From an uncultured cyanobacterium (GTDB lineage Bacteria; Cyanobacteriota; Cyanobacteriia; Cyanobacteriales; Nostocaceae): a stretch of 64,000 bases of DNA. Positions 43,376 to 52,923 of this stretch are shown in pieces. The stretch is taken from NCBI GenBank assembly GCA_963740315.1, contig CAVUDP010000001.1, positions 512,001-576,000 of the forward strand. Reading direction: 5' to 3'. The position numbers and the translations under genes were made by a program. Each line of letters begins with the position of its first letter. Within the stretch, counting starts at the first letter, position 1. The notes under the pieces are model-generated. The model was not told the origin of the DNA, made no database searches, and was given only the letters and a program-made list of their open reading frames with translations.

Positions 43376-44452
43376 GTGGAAGGTACTATGACTACTAGCT
43401 TTATTGTTCTTGAAGCAGGCACAACTGGATTAAAAGTATCAAAATTACAAGAAGGTTTAAAACAGCTTAACTTTTATTTTGGTGCGATCGATGGCGTTTT
43501 TGGTGCGAAAACCTCTTCAGCATTAATTAAGTTTCAACAGCCTTACAATCATCTGCCGTCGAATGGAATTGTAGATGCAGAAACGATTTTACAACTGGAT
43601 GAAGATGTATGGTTATCGCGAAAAGAGGTTTTGCGGGAAGGTTGTACGGGTGAAGAAGTCAAAGCACTTCAAGAGATGTTTACTAATTACGATTTACAAA
43701 GCTTGAAAATAGATGGATATTTTGGCAGAAAAACCAAAGAAGCTGTAATTTGGTTTCAGCAAAATTGGGGTTTGCAAGCAGATGGGATTGTAGGAAAACA
43801 AACTTGGGCTGCTTTATATCGCCATCAAGTTCATGATGTACCTTATGGAGACAGAGTTAGTTATTTCTTTGGGGAGTTGGATATAGAATTAATTAAGTTA
43901 CCACTTAAAAAAGGTGATGGAAGTCACGATGTTTTAATTTTGCAAAAATTCCTGAATTACGTTTCTGGAAGTACTAGCTCCATTTTAGAAGATGGTGATT
44001 TTGGGCAAGCAACCGAACAAGCTGTAAAAAACTTTCAGCAACGTCAGGGTTTAATTGCTGATGGAGTTGTGGGAATGCAAACTTATCAAGCCATGATTTC
44101 TGAAGGATTAAATCAGCAGGTGATAGATCAACTTTTAAGTTACCGTTACGGAAAATTATTAGACTTTACTCAAGGAAAAGAGATTGAGATTGTAGAAGAT
44201 GCAGCGGTAAGAGGTGAATCTGTTATTTACAGACTTGAGGTAGCACCCGAACAAAGTTTTCTTATTGTAATTACTTCTTTGGAAAATAACGCCGTATTTG
44301 ATTTAGTTAGAGTTGGCGATGGTGAAGTTTATGTCCAAGAATCAACTAATTGTCAGGTTTTTCTAAAAGCGGGTAAATATTCTATTAATGTAGGTGGAAC
44401 TCGCGGTAATGCTAGCTATACTTTAAAGGTTGAGTCCATAGTTGGTTGTTAG
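43376..44452 (+). CDS. Peptidoglycan-binding (three PG_binding_1 repeats) protein with C-terminal beta domain
   Basis: Three DG.FG..T..A...FQ...L..DG.VG repeats. Confidence 0.85.
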   Translation: MEGTMTTSFIVLEAGTTGLKVSKLQEGLKQLNFYFGAIDGVFGAKTSSALIKFQQPYNHLPSNGIVDAETILQLDEDVWLSRKEVLREGCTGEEVKALQEMFTNYDLQSLKIDGYFGRKTKEAVIWFQQNWGLQADGIVGKQTWAALYRHQVHDVPYGDRVSYFFGELDIELIKLPLKKGDGSHDVLILQKFLNYVSGSTSSILEDGDFGQATEQAVKNFQQRQGLIADGVVGMQTYQAMISEGLNQQVIDQLLSYRYGKLLDFTQGKEIEIVEDAAVRGESVIYRLEVAPEQSFLIVITSLENNAVFDLVRVGDGEVYVQESTNCQVFLKAGKYSINVGGTRGNASYTLKVESIVGC

Positions 44453-44631
44453 TTGTTTGCAATATTTAGCTGTATTCTCAACAAAAATAGAGTGTTTGAA
44501 TGAGAAAGTTATAACGGGTAATGGATTCTGGATAGGTTATAAATTTTAAGTATTTTTGATAATTAAGAAACCTGATTTTACTAAAAATCGGGTTTTTTAA
44601 CGTTAAAATCGCGATCGTTATTTAATCCCTG

Positions 44632-46773
44632 TTATCTTCTTAAAATGTTCCAAAACCCAGAAATTTTATCTTTATCCTTCTCTTTTTGATTTTGTTCTAA
44701 TTTCTCTCTCTCTTTTTCTTCTAATTTCTCTTTTATTTTCTTACTAGCTCTAATTGCTTCTTGATAATCTGGCTTATATTTAATTGCGGTATCGTAAGCT
44801 AAGATCGCTTCTTTCTCTTTTCCTAAATTAATTAACGCATTACCTTTGCTATACCAGCTTTCGGAATGGTCTTTTTTGTAGCGAATTGCGCGATTGTAAG
44901 CCGATATTGCTTCTTGATATTTTTGCAAATTATAAAGCGAATTGCCGCGATTGTACCATACTTTGTAATCGTTTCGCCGGACTGCGATCGCTTTGTCGTA
45001 AGATGCAACTGCTTCTTCATAACGTTGAATTTGATGCAGCGCCCAACCTATGGAGTATAAGGCATCAAAGTTTTTGGGATTATATTTTAATACTTCTTGA
45101 AAAGATTCGATCGCGTCGGGATAGCGTCGCAAACTTATCAGTACGTTACCTCTCGATAACCAAGCTTGGTAAAAATTAGGTTTGTACTGTACTGCTTTAG
45201 AGTAAGCTTTAAATGCATCGTTCTTGCGATCTAAATTAATTAGAGCATTACCGCTATTGTACCAAGCAAGTGAATTATTTGGCTTTAAATCGATAACTTG
45301 TTCGTAAGTAGAAAGCGCATCTTTATAGCGTTTCAAATTAAATAACGCCCAAGCTTTGTTATACCAAGCCCGTTCGTACTCTGGCTGTAATTCTACTGCG
45401 CGATCGTAAGATTTTATTGCTTCGTCATATCTTTTTAAATTGCTTAAAGCCTCTCCTTTAGCATTCAAAACGTCGGGAGATTCTGGCTGTAATTTCAAAG
45501 ATTTATCAAAAGAGTAAATAGCCTCTTGATATCGCTGTAGTTTACTTAATGCAAAACCTCTTCCACTCCAAGCATCTTGATAACTTGGTTCAATTTGAAT
45601 TGCTTTATCGTATGCCCAGAGTGCTTCTTGGTGTGAGTTTAACTCATATAGTGCTTTGGCTTGTCCGTTCCATGCTTGAGCGTATTCTGGTTTAATTTCT
45701 AATGCTTTTTTATAACTAGAAAGTGCGTCTTGATAGCGCTGCAATTCATAAAATGTATTAGCTTTTTTATATAGATCGCCAGCGTTAGCAGAATTAATAC
45801 TGTTAATAATAAATATAGATGCCGTTGCCCCAATTCCGGTTAACAACATCGCCATAAAAGCTTTGATAAATAATTTTTTTACTTTTATCTTTTTACGAGG
45901 CTTGGGAGTTGGAGGGTAAGGCGCAATATTCAATACCATCGTGCCATTCGATTGCTGATTTAGATTTTTTAAAGCTTCTAATGTTTGAGTCGCCGAAGCA
46001 TAACGCACTCTAAAATCATAACGCACCATTTTATCTAAAATTTCAGCAAACTCAGGACTGACTTTAGCGTGTTTTTGCCAAACAATTTCGTTAGTATCAT
46101 CATCCTTTTCCAATTCCTCTGGAGACAACCCGGTAAGGGCGCTAATACTCATTATCCCCAAAGCATAAATATCGCTACTAAATCTTGGCTCTCCCTGTGC
46201 TTGTTCGCTGGGAATGTATCCGGGAGTACCAATAGCTACAGTAATTTGTGTTTGATTTTTCGGAGAAACTATTTGAGTAGTAATTTGTTTAACCGCACCA
46301 AAATCAATTAAAACTAATTTACCATTCTCGTGTCTGAGGATATTTCGGGGATTAATATCGCGATGAATTACCTTTTGCTGATGGACAAATTCTAAGATTT
46401 CTAGTATCTCTTGTAAAAGGGAAATAACTTTATCTTGACTTATAGGTTCAGAGGGCTTTATTTCTTCGTTTAAATCATGCCCGTTAATATATTCCTGTAC
46501 CAGATAAAATTCTTGATTTTCCTCGAAATAAGCTAAAAGTTGGGGAATATGTTCGTGTATTCCTAACTTATACAAAACCTGAGCTTCGGTATCGAATAAG
46601 CGTCTTGCCGTTTGTAATGTAACGGGATCGGTTGCTTGCGGCTTCAGCTTTTTCACAACACATTTAGGAGAACCCGGTAAATGCGTATCGTAAGCTACAA
46701 AGGTTTCACCAAATCCCCCACCTCCCAAATTGCTAATTATTTCGTATCTTCCAACAAGTGTATTTCCCAACAT
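44632..46773 (-). CDS. Ser/Thr protein kinase with TM segment and TPR repeats
   Basis: LGGGGFG, VVKKL, IHRDINPRN, LIDFGAVK, GTPGY; AW.N.G..L..L.RY..A...YD.A repeats. Confidence 0.93.
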   Translation of the reverse strand: MLGNTLVGRYEIISNLGGGGFGETFVAYDTHLPGSPKCVVKKLKPQATDPVTLQTARRLFDTEAQVLYKLGIHEHIPQLLAYFEENQEFYLVQEYINGHDLNEEIKPSEPISQDKVISLLQEILEILEFVHQQKVIHRDINPRNILRHENGKLVLIDFGAVKQITTQIVSPKNQTQITVAIGTPGYIPSEQAQGEPRFSSDIYALGIMSISALTGLSPEELEKDDDTNEIVWQKHAKVSPEFAEILDKMVRYDFRVRYASATQTLEALKNLNQQSNGTMVLNIAPYPPTPKPRKKIKVKKLFIKAFMAMLLTGIGATASIFIINSINSANAGDLYKKANTFYELQRYQDALSSYKKALEIKPEYAQAWNGQAKALYELNSHQEALWAYDKAIQIEPSYQDAWSGRGFALSKLQRYQEAIYSFDKSLKLQPESPDVLNAKGEALSNLKRYDEAIKSYDRAVELQPEYERAWYNKAWALFNLKRYKDALSTYEQVIDLKPNNSLAWYNSGNALINLDRKNDAFKAYSKAVQYKPNFYQAWLSRGNVLISLRRYPDAIESFQEVLKYNPKNFDALYSIGWALHQIQRYEEAVASYDKAIAVRRNDYKVWYNRGNSLYNLQKYQEAISAYNRAIRYKKDHSESWYSKGNALINLGKEKEAILAYDTAIKYKPDYQEAIRASKKIKEKLEEKEREKLEQNQKEKDKDKISGFWNILRR

Positions 46774-46949
46774 TTTTATACAGTTAACAGTGAGCAGTAA
46801 CCAGTGAGCAGTTATCAGTGAGCAGTTATCATTATTAGATTATTTTCTACTTTCTAATTCCGAAGTTCTAACTCCTAACTTCTAACTTAACAACAGACGT
46901 AGCAGTGCGGAGCTCTCTACAATTTTTAATCCAAAATCTAAAACTTGTG

Positions 46950-46991
46950 CTGAGCAGTTCGACGTAGCTCACTGTAAGACTTGCCGAAGTA
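46950..46991 (-). repeat. Single reverse-oriented copy of the 51-nt repeat core (42 nt, 1 mismatch)
   Basis: CTGAGCAGTTCGACGTAGCTCACTGTAAGACTTGCCGAAGTA within an AAAATCT tract. Confidence 0.9.
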
Positions 46992-47009
46992 TCTAAAATC
47001 TAAAATTAT

Positions 47010-47714
47010 ATGATTCCTATTGGCGATAAAATTTTTCTTTCAAGTAATAAAAAACCGTTAGTTGTTTGGTTTTTGATTGGTATAAATATTGCTTTATTTT
47101 TATGGGAAGTAAAATTAGAAATTAATGGCGAGCTAGCTACTTTTTTCAATAATTGGGGTGTGATTCCGGAACAATTTGGTACGGCTTTCGGTAGTGCCAT
47201 AAATGGAAATCCGGCGGCTTGGTTAATTGTTTTTTGGCGTTCGTTGTCAATCTTTTCAGGGATGTTTATTCATGGAAGTTACAGTCAAATTATCGGGAAT
47301 TTGATATTTTTGTGGGTTTTTGGCAATACTTTAGAGAAGATTATTGGTAGCGGACGTTTTTTATTATTTTATCTATTTTGCGGCTTTTTGACTGGAATAG
47401 TACAAATATTCGCCGAGCCGAGTTTATCGGTACCTTTGATTGGTGCGAATGGTGCGATCGCATCTGTTTTAGGAGCATATATTTATAAGTTTCCTAAAGT
47501 AAAAATTGACTCTATTTTACCTTTGGTAATTTTATATATCCCCGTCGAACTACCCGCTTTTTTCTATTGTTTCTGGTGGTTTGTGCAACAATTGTCTTAC
47601 GGTATTGGCAGTTTAAATATTCAGGGTGGTGTCAATCCCATCGGTACAGGTTATTTAGCGCAGGGTGCTGGTTTATTTATTGGTGTCGCTTGGATGGTAA
47701 TTATGAGATTATGA
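47010..47714 (+). CDS. Rhomboid-family intramembrane protein, apparently catalytically inactive
   Basis: MFIHG...GNLIFLWVFG..LE rhomboid core, but GANGA in place of GASGA and YLAQGAG in place of .AH.GG. Confidence 0.85.
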   Translation: MIPIGDKIFLSSNKKPLVVWFLIGINIALFLWEVKLEINGELATFFNNWGVIPEQFGTAFGSAINGNPAAWLIVFWRSLSIFSGMFIHGSYSQIIGNLIFLWVFGNTLEKIIGSGRFLLFYLFCGFLTGIVQIFAEPSLSVPLIGANGAIASVLGAYIYKFPKVKIDSILPLVILYIPVELPAFFYCFWWFVQQLSYGIGSLNIQGGVNPIGTGYLAQGAGLFIGVAWMVIMRL

Positions 47715-48188
47715 TCGTATTTATTTTGCGATCGCTCCACTTTCTTCAACGCGATCGCCATTTTTTCAAATACTACTCGAAAAAAAACTTTTAATGGCAA
47801 CCCTTATCTGATAAGATTATTTATATAAAGACACGTTCTAATAATGGGAATATTCGCGGTTTTTTTTAACTAGGCACAAATTTCCATTATAAAAAAAACC
47901 ATTTCTTATCTATTACTAATTATCTCACATCGCGGACATTTTTTTCTCCCTAATTAAATTTATATTTTTTTTTAAAATTACTCCCGTCTCGGTCCTGGGG
48001 ATTATCTATAAAATTTCTACCCCCTCTACCCCCTCTACCCCCTCTCCCCAACATAAAGAACCTCTACCCCCTCTCCCCCTCGCTAATCATAAAGCCGGGG
48101 AGGAAAAAGCAAGATTCTAGCAACGCTCGCTTTCTTCTATGAAACAATAGAATAAAGGTGTTATAGATTAGCTTCGTTGCTTGCAGCC

Positions 48189-49019
48189 ATGTCAGAAATT
48201 ACAGTATCTGAGGAAAGTACACCACCCCCAACACAATACGAACTTCCTTGTGATGATGGTGTACCAATGGAAACTCAACGGCATAAACTTCAGATGGATA
48301 TGCTCATAGATACTCTATCACCTTGGTTGGCGATGCGAAATGATGGGTATGTGGGCGGTAATATGTTTGTGTATTTTAGTTTGGCACAAATTAGAACCCA
48401 AGATTTCCGGGGACCCGATTTTTTTGCGGTGTTAGGAGTACCTAAAAAAGAACGACTTTCTTGGGTGGTTTGGGAAGAAGGAAAAGCTCCTGATGTGGTG
48501 ATTGAGTTGTTATCGGAAAGTACTGCCGCACGGGATAAAAATGAGAAGAAGTTGATTTATCAAAACCAAATGCGGGTACCCGAATATTTCTGGTTCGATC
48601 CTTTTAACCCGGATGATTGGGCTGGTTTTTCCATGCAACATGGAGTATATCAAACTATAGCTGTAAATACTCAAAATCAACTGGTAAGTCAATCTTTGGG
48701 TTTAGCTTTAACACGTTGGCAAGGTATTTATAAAGGTATTGAAGCAGTTTGGTTGCGTTGGGTGACAATCGAAGGTGAGTTATTACCAACTTCTGATGAT
48801 ATAGCCGAGCAAGAAAAACGACGTGCCGAACTTGAAAGACGACGCGCAGAACAACAAAGACAGCTTGCCGAACAACAAAGACAGCGTGCGGAACTTGCAG
48901 AATCTCAATTAAAACAAGTTGCTGTTAATTTATTGCAGCAAGGAATGGCGGTAGAAGAGGTAGCGAGATTAACAAATTTATCAGTTTCTCAAGTTGAAGA
49001 ATTTGGTAGAGGGGGATAA
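48189..49019 (+). CDS. Uma2-family endonuclease-like protein with coiled-coil tail
   Basis: PMETQRH, FRGPDFF, SWVVWEEGKAPDVVIELLSEST, VPEYFWFDP. Confidence 0.9.
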   Translation: MSEITVSEESTPPPTQYELPCDDGVPMETQRHKLQMDMLIDTLSPWLAMRNDGYVGGNMFVYFSLAQIRTQDFRGPDFFAVLGVPKKERLSWVVWEEGKAPDVVIELLSESTAARDKNEKKLIYQNQMRVPEYFWFDPFNPDDWAGFSMQHGVYQTIAVNTQNQLVSQSLGLALTRWQGIYKGIEAVWLRWVTIEGELLPTSDDIAEQEKRRAELERRRAEQQRQLAEQQRQRAELAESQLKQVAVNLLQQGMAVEEVARLTNLSVSQVEEFGRGG

Positions 49020-49021
49020 AT

Positions 49022-49501
49022 ATGGGTAAACTAATACTGCCAAATCTTCAGGGAAAACAGATGGGGCAAGTAATTGCTACTCTTACCGTTACGAATAGAA
49101 TTGACCAAGTTTTGGCTGAACGAGGTTTTATTACGCCAGAAGAAGTACGAACAAGTATTTTGACTGATGTTTTAGTTGATACGGGGGCTACTTTATTGTG
49201 TTTGCCTTCTGCTGTAATTAGTCAATTAGGTTTAGTTGAAGGGGGAGAAGCAAGAGTAGATAGCGTTGGAGTTCAAAAGGGACGGATTTTTCGTGATGTT
49301 GATTTATGTATAGAAAATCGTCAAGGTACTTTTGATTGTTTGGAGCTTACAGAAGTTTCCTTTGCTTTATTAGGTGTAACTCCAATGGAAGTTTTAGGTT
49401 TAGAACCCGATTTAAGAAATCGTAAGTTAAGAGTTTTACCAATGAATTCGGAGCAAACTTATCTTAGTCTGTTTCCTTCGCAAGTCGTACAGAGGATGTA
49501 A
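49022..49501 (+). CDS. Clan AA (retropepsin-like) aspartic protease
   Basis: LVDTGAT and ALLG...E.LGL motifs. Confidence 0.8.
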   Translation: MGKLILPNLQGKQMGQVIATLTVTNRIDQVLAERGFITPEEVRTSILTDVLVDTGATLLCLPSAVISQLGLVEGGEARVDSVGVQKGRIFRDVDLCIENRQGTFDCLELTEVSFALLGVTPMEVLGLEPDLRNRKLRVLPMNSEQTYLSLFPSQVVQRM

Positions 49502-49573
49502 ACTATGATACGTTCAAGCAAATAATAGACTGCTAGAATACAACTGTATAATCTCTTACTTGTATTTTTATTT

Positions 49574-49981
49574 ATGGAACCTTTAAGTACTGCTGCGATC
49601 GCTATCGGTTCTGTAGTTGCTACCAAAGCTTTAGAAAAAACGGGCGAAAAAGTAGGCGAAGCATTATGGGATAAAACTGGTAAGTTTCTCGTCACGCTTA
49701 AAAAACATTCTCCCCATACCATTACTGCAATTGAAAAAGCACCCGTTCAACCAATTGATTACGGTAAAGCTGTAGTAGAAGTAGAATCTGCTGCTCAAGA
49801 GAATCCCGAAGTAAATCAAGCAATGGAAGAAGTAGCAGCAGCAGCCAAGGCTGATCCAAAAGTAGCTCCCATAATAAATAACATTAACTCTGAATCACCA
49901 ACCGTTGTAAATAACACGAAGTTAGCTGAGTATATTAAAAACGTATTTCAAGGAAATACTATAATTGGTGGTAATTTTTGA
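49574..49981 (+). CDS. Small helical protein (Bell/HeLL-like candidate effector) with an N/G/V/I-rich C-terminal tail
   Basis: Hydrophobic N-terminal helix MEPLSTAAIAIGSVVATKALEK; tail VVNNTKLAEYIKNVFQGNTIIGGNF; stop TGA is in frame with the next ORF. Confidence 0.7.
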   Translation: MEPLSTAAIAIGSVVATKALEKTGEKVGEALWDKTGKFLVTLKKHSPHTITAIEKAPVQPIDYGKAVVEVESAAQENPEVNQAMEEVAAAAKADPKVAPIINNINSESPTVVNNTKLAEYIKNVFQGNTIIGGNF

Positions 49982-52648
49982 ATCGAGTCGTCCGAACGGG
50001 AACGGGCAAAGTTAAATCCCCCAAAATACATTCCATACAAAGGCGTTAACAACTTTGTTGGTAGAGAAGAAGAAATGAAACTGCTGCATGAGAAGCTACA
50101 ACAATCAAATGCAGTGGCAATTTCTGCGATCGCTGGTATGGGGGGAGTAGGTAAAACGGAATTAGCAACACAGTATGCACGGCAACATGAAACTGATTAT
50201 CCAGGAGGAATTTGCTGGTTAAATGCTAGAGATACAAATCTAGCAGCCGAGATAATCCAGTTTTATCAGTTTTATGTAAATAATCAGCGAGAGATTCCCC
50301 AAGAGTTAGGGGGAAGACAGTTAACAATATCCGAACAAGCTATTTGGTGTTGGGAAAATTGGCAGCCTTCGGAAGGACTTATATTAGTTGTTTGGGATGA
50401 TGTTACGGATTTAGGTAGTTGCCAGAAACTACTACCAAAAAACAATCGTTTTCGTCTGCTGATTACTACAAGATTACGGAATCTCGACCCCAATATTGTT
50501 GAAGAAATTCCCCTAAATGTATTATCTCCAGAAAAATCTATAGAATTACTGACAGCATTGGTAGGGAAAAAGCGAGTAGAGAAGGAATTAGAAACAGCAA
50601 CAGAATTATGTAAATGGTTGGGATATCTTCCATTGGGGTTAGATTTAGTCGGACGATATGTAGCAGATGACCCTGACTTATCATTGCAAGAAATGTTACA
50701 AAGCCTGAAAAAACAGCGATTGGATGACGAGGCTCTAGAACATGGTTCGGAGAGTTGGACAACAGCACAGCGAGGGGTATTAGCAGCTTTTGAATTAAGC
50801 TGGCAGAAGCTGGATGTCATGACGAAGCAGGTAGCAGAGTTATTAAGTTTATTTGCACCAGATGTGATTCCTTGGGGTTTAGTTAAATCTTCTTGTGAAA
50901 GATTGGATTGGAGCAAGCCCGATATTAATAAAGCCAAAAAACAACTTTACAAGCATTATTTAGTACAACGTTTAGAAGATAGAGAAAGTGGCTATACAAT
51001 TCATCCCCTAATCCGTCAATTCTTGCAAGTAAAGTTAAATTTAACATCATCAGCTTCGGAGTTGAGGCAGGCTTTCGTTACAGAAATGCTGTCAGTTGCA
51101 AAAACAATTCCCAGTATTCCTATCCTTTCAGATATTGAGTCAGTAAGTGATGCTATACCCCACCTAAAAGAAGTTGCAGAAAACTTGATTGCTGTGGTGG
51201 AAGATGAAGAGTTAATCTCAGCTTTTATAGGAATCGCTAGGTTTTATAAAGGACAAGGGTTATATGCATTGGAAGAGCCTTGGAGGAAGCAGTGTATATC
51301 AACGTTACAAGCTCACTTGGGAGAAGAACATCTTGATGTGGCTACCAGTTACAACAATCTGGCTCTCCTCTACGATTCCCAAGGAAGGTACGCAGAAGCG
51401 GAACCTCTATATCAAAAAGCATTAGAACTATACCAACGGCTGCTGGGAGATGAACATCCCTTGGCGGCAACCAGTTACAACAATCTGGCAGGACTCTATC
51501 GTAGCCAAGGAAGGTACGCAGAAGCGGAACCCCTATATCAAAAAGCATTAGAACTATACCAACGGCTGCTGGGAGATGAACATCTTGATGTGGCAACCAG
51601 TTACAACAATCTGGCAGGACTCTATCGTAGCCAAGGAAGGTACGCAGAAGCGGAACCCCTATATCAAAAAGCATTAGAACTATACCAACGGCTGCTGGGA
51701 GAAGAACATCCCAATGTGGCTACCAGTTACAACAATCTGGCTCTCCTCTACGATTCCCAAGGAAGGTACGCAGAAGCGGAACCTCTATATCAAAAAGCAT
51801 TAGAACTATACCAACGGCTGCTGGGAGAAGAACATCCCAATGTGGCTACCAGTTACAACAATCTGGCAGAACTCTACCGTAGCCAAGGAAGGTACACCGA
51901 AGCAGAACTGCTGTATCAAAAAGCATTATCACTAAGCCAACGGATACTGGGAGAAGGCCATCCCGATGTTGCACAAAGTTTGATCAACTTGGCAGGACTC
52001 TACGAGTCCCAAGGAAGGTACACCGAAGCAGAACCGCTATATCAAAAAGCATTATCACTAAGCCAACGGCTACTGGGAGAAGAACATCCCGAGGTGGCAA
52101 GGGGTTACAACAATCTGGCAGTACTCTATCATAGCCAAGGAAGGTACACCGAAGCAGAACTGCTGTATCAAAAAGCATTATCACTAAGCCAACGGCTGTT
52201 GGGAGAAGATCATCCCTCAGTCGCAACCAGTTACAACAATCTGGCAGGACTCTATCGTAGCCAAGGAAGGTACACCGAAGCAGAACCGCTGTATCAAAAA
52301 GCATTATCACTAAAGCAACGGCTGCTAGGAGTTGAACATCCCTCGGTGGCAACCAGTTACAACAATCTGGCTCTTCTTTACGAATCTCAAGGACGTTACA
52401 CGGAGGCCGAAACCTTGTACAAACAAGCATTAGAACTATACCAACGGCTGCTCGGTGAAGAACATCCCTCGGTGGCAACCAGTTACAACAATCTGGCAGC
52501 ACTCTACCGTAGCCAAGAGCGGTACACGGAAGCGGAACCGCTGTATCAAAAAGCTTTAGCTATTTTTGAGCAACAACTAGGAACGGAGCATCCCAATACT
52601 ATTACTGTCCGAAACAATCTTGAATACCTTCACGATAATATGAGCTAA
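49982..52648 (+). CDS. NB-ARC/STAND NTPase with ten 42-aa TPR repeats (bacterial NLR-like); first ATG at 50075, but the frame is open from 49982
   Basis: FVGRE (50054-50068), P-loop GMGGVGKT, Walker B LVVWDDV, LITTR, GYLPLGL, IHPLIR. Confidence 0.92.
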   Translation: MESSERERAKLNPPKYIPYKGVNNFVGREEEMKLLHEKLQQSNAVAISAIAGMGGVGKTELATQYARQHETDYPGGICWLNARDTNLAAEIIQFYQFYVNNQREIPQELGGRQLTISEQAIWCWENWQPSEGLILVVWDDVTDLGSCQKLLPKNNRFRLLITTRLRNLDPNIVEEIPLNVLSPEKSIELLTALVGKKRVEKELETATELCKWLGYLPLGLDLVGRYVADDPDLSLQEMLQSLKKQRLDDEALEHGSESWTTAQRGVLAAFELSWQKLDVMTKQVAELLSLFAPDVIPWGLVKSSCERLDWSKPDINKAKKQLYKHYLVQRLEDRESGYTIHPLIRQFLQVKLNLTSSASELRQAFVTEMLSVAKTIPSIPILSDIESVSDAIPHLKEVAENLIAVVEDEELISAFIGIARFYKGQGLYALEEPWRKQCISTLQAHLGEEHLDVATSYNNLALLYDSQGRYAEAEPLYQKALELYQRLLGDEHPLAATSYNNLAGLYRSQGRYAEAEPLYQKALELYQRLLGDEHLDVATSYNNLAGLYRSQGRYAEAEPLYQKALELYQRLLGEEHPNVATSYNNLALLYDSQGRYAEAEPLYQKALELYQRLLGEEHPNVATSYNNLAELYRSQGRYTEAELLYQKALSLSQRILGEGHPDVAQSLINLAGLYESQGRYTEAEPLYQKALSLSQRLLGEEHPEVARGYNNLAVLYHSQGRYTEAELLYQKALSLSQRLLGEDHPSVATSYNNLAGLYRSQGRYTEAEPLYQKALSLKQRLLGVEHPSVATSYNNLALLYESQGRYTEAETLYKQALELYQRLLGEEHPSVATSYNNLAALYRSQERYTEAEPLYQKALAIFEQQLGTEHPNTITVRNNLEYLHDNMS
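51320..52579 (+). repeat. Ten 126-bp near-identical tandem repeats encoding TPR units
   Basis: GEEHP.VATSYNNLA.LY.SQGRY.EAEPLYQKAL....RLL x10 with high DNA identity. Confidence 0.95.
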
Positions 52649-52923
52649 TTGTAAGTGCTTATTTGGAGGAAAAAAAAGCGATGTGATGAATTAATGTAGT
52701 ATGATTTGCGTCCATCACTGTTCGTGACTTCTCCACAGCATCTGTTCTAGATTGTCAATTCTTGTGTCTATATATGAAAGATTACCAATCAAAACGGGGT
52801 AAATGTATCCAAAAGTTTCAATAGAACAACACCCCCCCAAGAAAGAAACTGCTAACTGCAAAAAAAAACCTCTCATTGTGAGAGGCTTAATAATTTAGCG
52901 AAGACAATTTGAATTGATTTAAA

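Noticed and set aside
49979..50030. Selenocysteine insertion at the in-frame TGA
   Set aside because: No convincing SECIS hairpin, the position is a linker rather than a redox site, and no sel genes are in the window
50284..52502. Long antisense ORFs (50284-50937, 51342-51674, 51984-52502) and similar shadow ORFs elsewhere (e.g. 7070-7525, 55445-55849)
   Set aside because: They are opposite-strand shadows of well-supported genes with no recognisable motifs
51320..52579. Diversity-generating retroelement acting on the TPR repeats
   Set aside because: No reverse transcriptase or non-coding template repeat, and differences are not adenine-specific
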